Source: Amoeboradix gromovi X-113 (taxonomy: Eukaryota; Fungi; Sanchytriomycota). Taken from it: 8,122 bases of DNA. Positions 1-8,006 of the stretch are shown here, one piece after another (the first letter of the stretch is position 1; each line of letters begins with the position of its first letter). The DNA is taken from NCBI GenBank assembly GCA_018985225.1, contig JADGIF010000465.1, positions 1 through 8,122 of the forward strand, read 5' to 3'. The position numbers were made by a program, and so were the translations under genes. The notes under the pieces were generated by a model. The model saw nothing but the letters and a program-made list of their open reading frames with translations. It made no database searches and was not told the DNA's origin.

Positions 1-548
1 CAAATCTAGGAAAGTCATTATTAGGGTTCTAGGAACTTAATCAGCAGAATATGCCACCCGAATTTACTAGTGTTTAAGTAGCAGTCATATCAAGGCAAAG
101 GAAGTAAGTCGTTGTAATCTTGGTTGAGAAGATTCAAGCTCTCGATTCTTCTCAAAATTGATTCGGTGTTTTCACAACGCTTCAACAAAAGAAGACGCAG
201 CGAGACCAAAATCAATTCCAGCAATCCGCTTAGCTAGTTTGACTAAGCGAAAAAGAATCAAAGGTACTTGAACTTTAAATGTGGATTTTATTGGCGAATT
301 CTATATTTTTAGAATTCCTCATTATCTTCATAACTTTCAATGTTGCCAGCCAATACTATCTTTCCACACAGACCCGAAAATGCCCATCCAAGTTTTTTGA
401 ACCAAGACTTGGAAGCAGTTGAGAATGAGACGTACTATGCACATTAGAATGCTAATGGCAACTAATACATTCGACATTTTAGGTTTTTCGCTCTTGCTCT
501 GGAGAGAAATTGAAGATGGTGTGACCTAAAAGTCTACACCTACCAAAA

Positions 549-770
549 ATGAGTGAAGACTCAACTAAGGATATCTTAATTACATATTTAAAAGACAATT
601 CGGATGAAGCATTTGATCAAAATATTAAATGCATGCTCAAAGATTATATTAATTTTCATTTTCTATACGACGGTATTAGACTGCTAAAGTGCGAGATTGG
701 CAAAATTTACTTGTCCAAACTCTATTTTATCTTGTGGAAAAAAAGAAAACACAATTTAAGAAATTATTAA
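549..770 (+). CDS. Short hypothetical ORF or gene fragment (73 aa)
   Basis: A-rich start context (aaaaATG) and protein-like N-terminal composition. No motif recognised; may be a decayed remnant. Confidence 0.2.
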   Translation: MSEDSTKDILITYLKDNSDEAFDQNIKCMLKDYINFHFLYDGIRLLKCEIGKIYLSKLYFILWKKRKHNLRNY

Positions 771-959
771 AGAAATCCTCACAATTTGCCTATCCATAGT
801 TTTAAGCAACGGACCCGTTTAATAGTTGTACTCGATATCTAGTAGTATTTTATTTCTTGCAGATAAACAACAAATTCTCACTGGATGTCTCTAGTGTTTC
901 TTCGAGTTCTTTTCTTGTTTTAGGGGTTTTTAATTACATACATGTTAGTATTGATTTTA

Positions 960-990
960 TGGGACGCCAAATATAAAAACTAGACTAACT
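960..990. repeat. 31-bp dispersed direct repeat, copy 1; candidate element right end overlapping the stop codon of the Fanzor-like frame
   Basis: tgggacgccaaatataaaaactagactaact, 28/31 identical to 8007-8037, with all three differences being transitions. Confidence 0.9.
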
Positions 991-1170
991 CGTTTTTAAA
1001 GGTGCTCCATACGGAGGAATGCTGTCATTAACAAAAGATCTTCTTCTATTATACCAATTTTCTTTCATTGATTGTATTCCTCTTTTCAAAATAAAACTAG
1101 AAGACCCACTATCTCTTTCAAATATATGAGGTCTTTGAGCGTCTAAGCAAAAGGTGCATTTTCTTAGACG
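960..1170 (-). ncRNA. Putative omegaRNA-like scaffold overlapping the 3' end of the Fanzor-like frame (boundaries uncertain)
   Basis: Hairpins at 974-998 (taaaaac/gttttta, spanning the stop codon), 1005-1016 (ctcc/ggag) and 1140-1170 (cgtctaag/cttagacg plus aaaa/tttt). The position matches where TnpB/Fanzor omegaRNAs are known to lie. There is no expression evidence. Confidence 0.3.
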
Positions 1171-1311
1171 GTACTCTTTTCTAGAGTCATTTTGTAATGT
1201 TATACTAACACCATTACTCTTATCTATTTCTTTGAAGTGTAATCTATGGGCAGTCTCCCTGACTCTTGTCTTGCCAGTTCTTTCTGGATAGTTTTTAAAT
1301 GAAAATATACC
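985..1311 (-). pseudogene. 5'-truncated Fanzor/TnpB-like nuclease remnant (second zinc-finger half, RuvC-III region and C-terminal tail)
   Basis: Manual translation gives a stop-free 108-codon frame with no early ATG: GIFSFKNYPERTGKTRVRETAHRLHFKEIDKSNGVSITLQNDSRKEYRLRKCTFCLDAQRPHIFERDSGSSSFILKRGIQSMKENWYNRRRSFVNDSIPPYGAPLKTS*. CxxC (1158-1147) is followed by aromatic-x-RD (RD at 1116-1111) plus small residues and IL, as in the Fanzor/TnpB pattern CxxC...W/F-x-RD-x-NAA-x-NI. The NAAxN part is degenerate (GSSSF). RuvC-I, RuvC-II and the first CxxC are absent. Confidence 0.55.
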
Positions 1312-1312
1312 C

Positions 1313-1351
1313 TATTATGAATCAGTATTATGAATTAGTACTATGAATCAG
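1313..1351. repeat. Tandem repeat, 3 x 13 bp
   Basis: tattatgaatcag / tattatgaattag / tactatgaatcag. Confidence 0.9.
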
Positions 1352-1462
1352 AGGTTTATTTGAAATATTTCAGAGTGCTAGTCTAGATTTTACAGAGTAA
1401 TAGTGATATTTTATTTACGAAAATGAAATATTTAATAAAAATCAGGGACACCTGCCAAAACA

Positions 1463-2404
1463 ATGCAATTTGTAAATACTAATTTTCAATCTATTTCAAC
1501 ACTTTTACTGGGTTTAATGACAGTCTCTGTATCACAAGGCCAATTAAATCAATCAAAAAAAGATGGGTTGAATCGCATCAAAGAAGTTCTGTCAGAATAT
1601 GAAAAAGATAAAAATGAAATACTTTATGGAAAATCCCATGAATTTGCAAGTGAAAACATCAGATTTCTCAAGTCTGTATCTATCAAGGGGTTTAATGGCG
1701 AAACAAGTGTTATTCCTTGGGATGCTCCTTTTACAACCAAACAAGTTTGTCAAATCTACTTCAATGCCCATGAATGGTTTAAAAACAACTACCAAAAAAC
1801 TTCTCATAGTTCTTTTAAATCCAGAAATGATTTTAATAACACATTGGAGAATCAGGTAAATTCTAGTCGTTCATATCTACGAAATCAGTGGCATCATTTG
1901 TTGAATATACACCAATCTCACAGTAAATTTAAGTTATTATATAGAGATGAGGAAAAGACTACATTTTCTTCAAAGGCGCTAGATCTCGTTGGGATTCGAA
2001 CTATTGATTCATTATTAACAGAAACTGAAAAATCTGATATTAGAAATCGATATATTAGAGTACATAGATGGGTCAAACCATTTGATGTTGTAATGGGATA
2101 TACCAAGAAGGATGGTGATATTTATAAATTAAATATTTATAAACCAGTTTTCCAAAGCAAAAGAAATGAAGAATCAGAAAAAGAACTAGTTGTAAGGGAT
2201 AATAAATTGGAAAAAGAATTAGAGGATGAAATTGAAAATCTTGATTTGGTTGCAAAAATGTATGAAAAATGTGGAGGCGATTTGTCTATTAAGAATTTAG
2301 ACAAGGTAAGGGGGCAATTGGAATCAGAATCAAAAATATCTGACCAAGAATCTGTAATTTTAAATTATTGGAAAGAAATTGTTAAAGGTGTTTCGAATCA
2401 GTAA
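1463..2404 (+). CDS. Hypothetical protein, 313 aa, possibly secreted; charged, helical C-terminal third
   Basis: A 942-nt ORF in very AT-rich DNA is unlikely by chance. It has an A-rich start context (aaaacaATG), a hydrophobic N-terminal stretch ISTLLLGLMTVSVSQG, and AATAAA overlapping the stop. No family motif recognised. Confidence 0.75.
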   Translation: MQFVNTNFQSISTLLLGLMTVSVSQGQLNQSKKDGLNRIKEVLSEYEKDKNEILYGKSHEFASENIRFLKSVSIKGFNGETSVIPWDAPFTTKQVCQIYFNAHEWFKNNYQKTSHSSFKSRNDFNNTLENQVNSSRSYLRNQWHHLLNIHQSHSKFKLLYRDEEKTTFSSKALDLVGIRTIDSLLTETEKSDIRNRYIRVHRWVKPFDVVMGYTKKDGDIYKLNIYKPVFQSKRNEESEKELVVRDNKLEKELEDEIENLDLVAKMYEKCGGDLSIKNLDKVRGQLESESKISDQESVILNYWKEIVKGVSNQ

Positions 2405-2409
2405 ATAAA
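2404..2409 (+). terminator. Possible polyadenylation signal for the 313-aa gene
   Basis: AATAAA overlapping the TAA stop, followed by a T-rich tract. This hexamer is common in AT-rich DNA. Confidence 0.3.
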
Positions 2410-2557
2410 TTATTTGTTAAATACTGAATGTTATTATATTGCAAATTACACCAATACTATGATAGAAAGCTTAATGTTGCTTTGACTGGGAGACACTTGA
2501 AATGGAACTGAAATCTGATTTAATATTTAGGAAAGAACCCAAAGAGTGTCCAAATAG

Positions 2558-3027
2558 AACTATGTGGCAGCTCAAAAAATTGTTAGAAAATCTAGAAAAT
2601 TGCCAGATGTCATTATTGACTCTGCGCCAACTGATACTGGATTCTTTTCTGATTCAGAGTTGTTGAGTAGTATCATGACATATATGAATATATCAGCATG
2701 TATTTGTGTCGATATCTTTTGGTAAGAGAAAAAAGGAAACTCTGTCATTGTAAAAACATTTTTACGCAATATCAGAATTTCTATTCAGCTTGATAGAATG
2801 CAAGTACTCTCAGATGCCGAAGAAAAGGCAATGATTGTCCAACGTTCTAGAATAATTAAGTACTAGAATTGACGGTTTAAGAATGTATGCGGCCAAAAGA
2901 TCAAAAATTGGATAATTAATTCTTTTGTTGTATTGCTAAGAATAATATTAATGATGACTGTACTTGGAATATAATTAAAAAAGATCCCGATTTCAGAGCA
3001 TTCATGAAAAAGATGAAGAAATCGTGA
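2558..3027 (+). pseudogene. Possible degraded coding remnant, unidentified
   Basis: Frame 2558-2866 runs about 102 codons with a single internal TAA (2723-2725): ...KLPDVIIDSAPTDTGFFSDSELL...QVLSDAEEKAMIVQRSRIIKY*. A protein-like tail in another frame (NDDCTWNIIKKDPDFRAFMKKMKKS*) ends at 3027. Confidence 0.25.
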
Positions 3028-3155
3028 AAAGAAAAAGTTCGGTAAGGTTTGCAAATTACAGCACCTTAATCATCAAAACGGTAATGGTTTCATTTTGAAT
3101 CTTGACCATTAAATAAAAACCCGCTATGGACCGACTTTGCTACAATAACATTAAT

Positions 3156-6100
3156 CTATTTACTGTTGAAATACTCAACAAAAGTTGGTAAATAACTCGA
3201 TGCATACGCTGCCATATAATGCTCATGGTTTGCATCGTGGGGTTGAACATGGTTATGGGCCAACTCATGAGCATATACCATGTACCAATAAGACACTACG
3301 CTTACTAAAGGCTTGTTGTTGTGTATATTTTCAAACACTACCATGTTAAAAAATAGAGTTTTGTTTCTATTAAATGCTATATTATCAGCATTACTATCGT
3401 AGTATATGTTAATTTTACTAGCGGGGATGTCATACATGCTGTTTATTATATCCAATATCCTACCGAACGATTCTAATTCCCGCAATTTCGTGTTTAAATT
3501 ACAGTTCTCATGTTTGTCAACATAGAGTGAATAGTCTTTATACATTCCAAAGTAGACTAAAGATTGTCCACTATTTATATCACAGTAAGTCATTTGAACA
3601 GGTACTGTTGTTGGTTCGCTTGCTATTTCATTGCTACCCTCACGTTTGATGTTCTTTATGCTATCCTTTAATTGCTGTTTCAACATTTCCTCATCCGTCT
3701 GATTCATGTTGCCGACTGTTTGTTTCTTGTTAAAAATTTGTTTGATGCTAGCCAAACTTGGGATTAAGGAGGGCGGTATAAGTGGTCGCTCTTGCTTCTG
3801 GCTTTGGTCATCGGCTGCGTTATTTAGGCTCTCCCTTGAATAACCGTTTTTTTTGTTATCGGCTGCAAGCGTTATAGCCGTTGATGCATTTCTTTCAATC
3901 TTTGAGGCTGATAAACTCTTTTCAATCATGGTAGTTGATGATTCTCTAGAATTACTTGAGTTTATTTCTGGTTCTGGCACTTCAATATCTCTGGGTATTA
4001 ATCTTTCTACTGGATACCCTCGCTTTTCCAAGTCTTTTAACGGTATAGTTAGCAACGTGTGGATTAATAAATGCTGATGCATCGTACTCTGTTTGTATAT
4101 AATGCCACTCAATATTTGAGCGTACTCATAGTCATCCAGATTGTTTATGTACAAGGTCTTGTCATAATAGCAGGATGTTTGTAGGTATTCTACAACGTTG
4201 TTAAATGTCAATGTCATTTGGATATCATCCACTTGTTGGATACATAGATTAATCAACACAGATTTGCTACTCGTTTTTATGTTATCATCCTGTTCACTGT
4301 GCATGTATAACAAGGGCAATCTGGTATAAAGTGTTTTCTTTAATTCATCACATGTCTCTGTAGTGTATGGCACACCCGCTATTTTGTATTTCCTATCCAC
4401 TGCTTTGCTGATCCATTTAGCACCCAAGTTGCTGTATAAAGTGTTTAAAGAATCCAATGGACAAGTGCACGGTTTAAACAAACTGATCAATGTCTGGTCA
4501 TCGTTCAAGTAAATGTCCTTGACATCTGATACTTTCAATTCGTTGTTACAATCCAGTCCTAGTAAGTTGGATTTTATACTATGCATCGTGTTTGTAAATG
4601 GATGCTTACTTATATATATCAACAGCTTAAGAAAATGGCTCATATCTTGTATGGGTAGCAAACTACAGACATCCTTGGGTGATGGCATTGCTGTGACATG
4701 CAGTTGTAATAACCATTGATTAACAGAATCACTAAACATCACAAACGTGAATAAATCAGTAAAGTCATTGTCCAGATTATTTAAATACACTTGAGACGGT
4801 TTGTACAACACTTTATTACAAGGTATGAATGCTATGTTCCTGAATCTTTCGACAAAGATATGATTTATTGGGATAGTTGACAAATACTCCAAGCATTCTA
4901 AAGCATCTTTGTACTCTAAGGAGTTGAGTGAATCCAATATAAACGACATAGTGGGCGGCTTTAATGGCAACCTATTATCACTATAGTATAACGCACCAGG
5001 TAGTATTAAAGACCTCTCGTCATTAAATGTATCAATAATAGAACCTAATTTTAACTGCTTATTCTTATCTACAGCAGGTATAAAAAGAGTGTTCTCAGGT
5101 ATGCTGTATTCATTATAATGATCTAGTAAATACTCAAACCACCTGCTATCACTGATCTTTGATAAAATCAATTCCAAATTGATGTTCGTGTTAATTCCTA
5201 GTTTTATCAGGAATTGGCATTCTGGTTTATTTGTGTGCCACTTGTATTCTAATAACGGTAGATTTAGTTGCTGAAACTGCGGTATGTTGGGATACATCTC
5301 CTCGATTGAATAGTTGTTGTTATTAGTTGCAGGAAATATTTTCAGCCCTCTTAGTTTCATTAATTCATGTTTTTGATACGACTGCACAGTCAGATGGGAT
5401 AGCAACTGTTTAAAGTCCCATTGAAGCCCGTTTAATCTATCAAACAATAACTGCAAATCCACCGTGGATCTCAAGTTTAAAAATGACTCAAACTGCTTAC
5501 TCACTTTTACATTTATTATTGGCAAATCCTTGAACAAAATATTAGACACATAGACATCACATGGATAGAAAAGTCCATGTTGTGTAGGAATGCACTTGAA
5601 GTTGTTGAATATCTGTAATAACTTGTATTTCTCACTACCTGTAAACAGAGAAAACGATTGATTGAAGTTTACGATTAGTCTTTTATATTGATCAACACCC
5701 AAATTAGTGGTGTATATGTACTCAGCAAATTGAATTAGGGTAAACTTTGTAAATGGAAAGCTGGAAATATTTAATTCCAACTCGCTCACCAAAGACTGAG
5801 GAATACAGTTCTTAGGAAGCTCAAATTCAGGAAATATTTCGGAAGAGAGCGCATAATAGCTGTAACTAGACAAGACTACATCCGCACCGTTGAGTTTAAT
5901 TTTGATGTTGCGAATTATTACTGGATAATACTCGCAACGAGTGTAGCTGGTTTGAAACCAGTTAAGAAAAAGCAACCAGCGTTTTTTATCGTTTGGAAGC
6001 GTGAATACAGTAGACTGCAACTGCGTTAATACATCACCAACTGTAAAATCCTTAAAACAGTTCAACTCGCTCAATAATTGCATAAATATGGAACATTGAG

Positions 6101-7628
6101 ATTTAACTGTGGGAAAAAATACGGGACAAACATTAATGAAGTCTAAAAGGGGATTGTTAGTAAATAAACCAGGAACATCGCTAGTTAATATCCTGCAGTT
6201 ATTTATTGTAGATAAACCCTTGGTGCTTAAAACAGGAAATTCCAGAATGTTGTTATAAAATGAAGATTTCAGATACTTGGAAACTAATGAATTCGGAGTG
6301 CTAGCTGAAAAACTAAATTGCTGTAATAGAAAGACAAACTGGTCTATATAAGGGGTGTATTCGATATTTTTAGAAGAATTTGCACTTGGATATTCATTGA
6401 TATTCGCACTATAAGAGTCGCATATCAGTTTTAGTTCGGACTCATAACAGATCCGAAGCAACTGACCACTCATGTTAAGCAGCTCTAAATTCCAGGTACG
6501 CAAGTGACTATCAACTAGGTCAATCTGCTCTCTTTCAACTGTGGGAATAAATTGCGAGTAAATATGAGACTTACAGCCAGTAGACTGACAAGTTGGGAAG
6601 CCAATAAATATGTAACCATTTTTGTTATCGCTAAAATCTTGACTTTCTTTTTGCTCGTTCAAGGAAGAGAATATTAAGTAAATAATTGGATTTTTAATAG
6701 GTTGTTTCTTTGTCACTCTGTAATAATGCTTGGTAAATGCAGAAGGGAGATTAGAATCCAGAATAGAATAAGATATTTTGTAAAATTTGATAAATTTGGT
6801 TTCCTCTCCATATTCAACTTTGGAGGAATCAGAAGAAGAAGAGCCCCAAAACGCAGATATTAAAGTAGCCTTGATCGATTTCTTAATGGGATAATACGAT
6901 ACATTCATTTGAACAGGCTGGAAGTGTATATTGCTTGTAGAAAACAAAGATTGTTCTGACCTTAAATAAGAAGTCTTTTGCTTTATCAAAGGGGCAAAAA
7001 TCTTGGAAATTGATATTACACATTTTTCATCAAAATAAACCTTGAGATTGCACAGTGAGGTAGTAAACAACAAACTTTTGGAAATAAACGAGGCAAAATC
7101 GCTTGGGTCTGGAAAATTCATTGGTTCTCTTAGGTTCATAAGAAACACGGACCACCTATTTCCATTGTCAGATTTATCAGTTGACTGAGGCAACGTTCCC
7201 ACCTTCGTGTACAACTGATTTACCTTCCAAAAAAATCCCATAAATTTATCGCCAGAGCATACCAAGGGTTCCTCGCATAACGAGAAGAGGCTATAAAATC
7301 CAACTCCAAAGAAACCAATCTTACTCTCGTCCGGATTTCCTTCAGAGATTGAACTTAGTCGATTCCAGTCTTTAGAGTTAAATTCAGCACCGTTATTCTT
7401 GTACTCTATTTGCACAACTTTACCCAAAGATGTGATAAACTTTAATTCCGCTGAATTAGCACCTGCATCATTGCTATTCTGCATCATTTCTCTAAATACT
7501 GTATACTCCGCTGAGTATCTCGCCAGAATTTTGTCAATAAGGTGTCTTTGATTCACTTTTACTTCTTCTTCGGTAGTTCCTTCAAATGTCCCATCGATTA
7601 TTTGTCGCTGAAAGTTAAAAAAATCCAT
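3156..7628 (-). CDS. DUF3684 / sacsin-like large protein: N-terminal GHKL (HATPase_c) ATPase, central degenerate repeats, C-terminal HExxH (Wss1/WLM-like) zinc metallopeptidase motif
   Basis: Uninterrupted 1490-aa ORF. GHKL Bergerat motifs are present: REMMQNSNDA (ExxxNxxDA, from 7493), KNNGAEF, and GNPDESKIGFFGVGFYS. The N-terminus EEEVKVNQRHLIDKILARYS resembles, from memory, the start of fungal DUF3684-containing proteins. The C-terminus reads IAFNRNKTLFFN...YWYMVYAHELAHNHVQPHDANH (HELAH at 3269-3255). Confidence 0.9.
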   Translation of the reverse strand: MDFFNFQRQIIDGTFEGTTEEEVKVNQRHLIDKILARYSAEYTVFREMMQNSNDAGANSAELKFITSLGKVVQIEYKNNGAEFNSKDWNRLSSISEGNPDESKIGFFGVGFYSLFSLCEEPLVCSGDKFMGFFWKVNQLYTKVGTLPQSTDKSDNGNRWSVFLMNLREPMNFPDPSDFASFISKSLLFTTSLCNLKVYFDEKCVISISKIFAPLIKQKTSYLRSEQSLFSTSNIHFQPVQMNVSYYPIKKSIKATLISAFWGSSSSDSSKVEYGEETKFIKFYKISYSILDSNLPSAFTKHYYRVTKKQPIKNPIIYLIFSSLNEQKESQDFSDNKNGYIFIGFPTCQSTGCKSHIYSQFIPTVEREQIDLVDSHLRTWNLELLNMSGQLLRICYESELKLICDSYSANINEYPSANSSKNIEYTPYIDQFVFLLQQFSFSASTPNSLVSKYLKSSFYNNILEFPVLSTKGLSTINNCRILTSDVPGLFTNNPLLDFINVCPVFFPTVKSQCSIFMQLLSELNCFKDFTVGDVLTQLQSTVFTLPNDKKRWLLFLNWFQTSYTRCEYYPVIIRNIKIKLNGADVVLSSYSYYALSSEIFPEFELPKNCIPQSLVSELELNISSFPFTKFTLIQFAEYIYTTNLGVDQYKRLIVNFNQSFSLFTGSEKYKLLQIFNNFKCIPTQHGLFYPCDVYVSNILFKDLPIINVKVSKQFESFLNLRSTVDLQLLFDRLNGLQWDFKQLLSHLTVQSYQKHELMKLRGLKIFPATNNNNYSIEEMYPNIPQFQQLNLPLLEYKWHTNKPECQFLIKLGINTNINLELILSKISDSRWFEYLLDHYNEYSIPENTLFIPAVDKNKQLKLGSIIDTFNDERSLILPGALYYSDNRLPLKPPTMSFILDSLNSLEYKDALECLEYLSTIPINHIFVERFRNIAFIPCNKVLYKPSQVYLNNLDNDFTDLFTFVMFSDSVNQWLLQLHVTAMPSPKDVCSLLPIQDMSHFLKLLIYISKHPFTNTMHSIKSNLLGLDCNNELKVSDVKDIYLNDDQTLISLFKPCTCPLDSLNTLYSNLGAKWISKAVDRKYKIAGVPYTTETCDELKKTLYTRLPLLYMHSEQDDNIKTSSKSVLINLCIQQVDDIQMTLTFNNVVEYLQTSCYYDKTLYINNLDDYEYAQILSGIIYKQSTMHQHLLIHTLLTIPLKDLEKRGYPVERLIPRDIEVPEPEINSSNSRESSTTMIEKSLSASKIERNASTAITLAADNKKNGYSRESLNNAADDQSQKQERPLIPPSLIPSLASIKQIFNKKQTVGNMNQTDEEMLKQQLKDSIKNIKREGSNEIASEPTTVPVQMTYCDINSGQSLVYFGMYKDYSLYVDKHENCNLNTKLRELESFGRILDIINSMYDIPASKINIYYDSNADNIAFNRNKTLFFNMVVFENIHNNKPLVSVVSYWYMVYAHELAHNHVQPHDANHEHYMAAYASSYLPTFVEYFNSK

Positions 7629-8006
7629 GTTTCAAATAGTTGGTCTTAATCCACACCTTGCCAATATGTAGTGTAGCCAGAAGTAGCCCTGCACTAAATG
7701 ATATTTATCAGACATTTGATTTTGGATTAATCCCTAATCCCAATTTCGATTTGAGGTGGGCAAGTTTAGGTTAATCTTACCCTAGGTGTATTAATTAAAC
7801 CAAAAAACACTTGCATAAAGCCGCTTTTTGTAGTATTTGAGTGATCAACGACGAACATATGTTTTCGAAAGTTGATAATTGTCGAAGATTGGTTTGAATG
7901 ATACAAAGAACTGAGCAATTCAGTTCAGCTTAAAATAAATCCATTTACTAAATATACCGTACTTAGTCAAATAGCTATAGTAGTCGTATTAATTTAATTT
8001 TACATT

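Noticed and set aside
9-16. ggaaagtc resembling RNase P/MRP conserved region I
   Set aside because: No matching CR-V / P4 partner was found downstream.
310-430. Minus-strand STASKSWFKKLGW resembling the IS630/Tc1-type 'TARRWLxKLG' helix, and plus-strand LPANT resembling a pogo DDE motif
   Set aside because: The matches are only a few residues long, lie on opposite strands, and lack supporting DDE motifs.
1313-1351. CRISPR array interpretation of the repeats
   Set aside because: The units are contiguous 13-mers without spacers, and no cas genes are present.
1592-2255. Short ORFs 1592-1807(-), 1599-1859(+), 1918-2106(-) and 2073-2255(-)
   Set aside because: Shadow frames overlapping the 313-aa ORF, with no motifs.
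2572-3054. ORFs 2572-2769(-) and 2863-3054(-)
   Set aside because: F/I/L-rich, like antisense translations of AT-rich DNA. The plus strand looks more protein-like.
3853-4719. ORFs 3853-4077(+) and 4513-4719(+)
   Set aside because: Antisense shadows of the 1490-aa gene.
7725-7790. Telomere-like words (ccctaa, ttaggtt), also ttaggg near 21 and 920
   Set aside because: Isolated hexamers with no tandem array.
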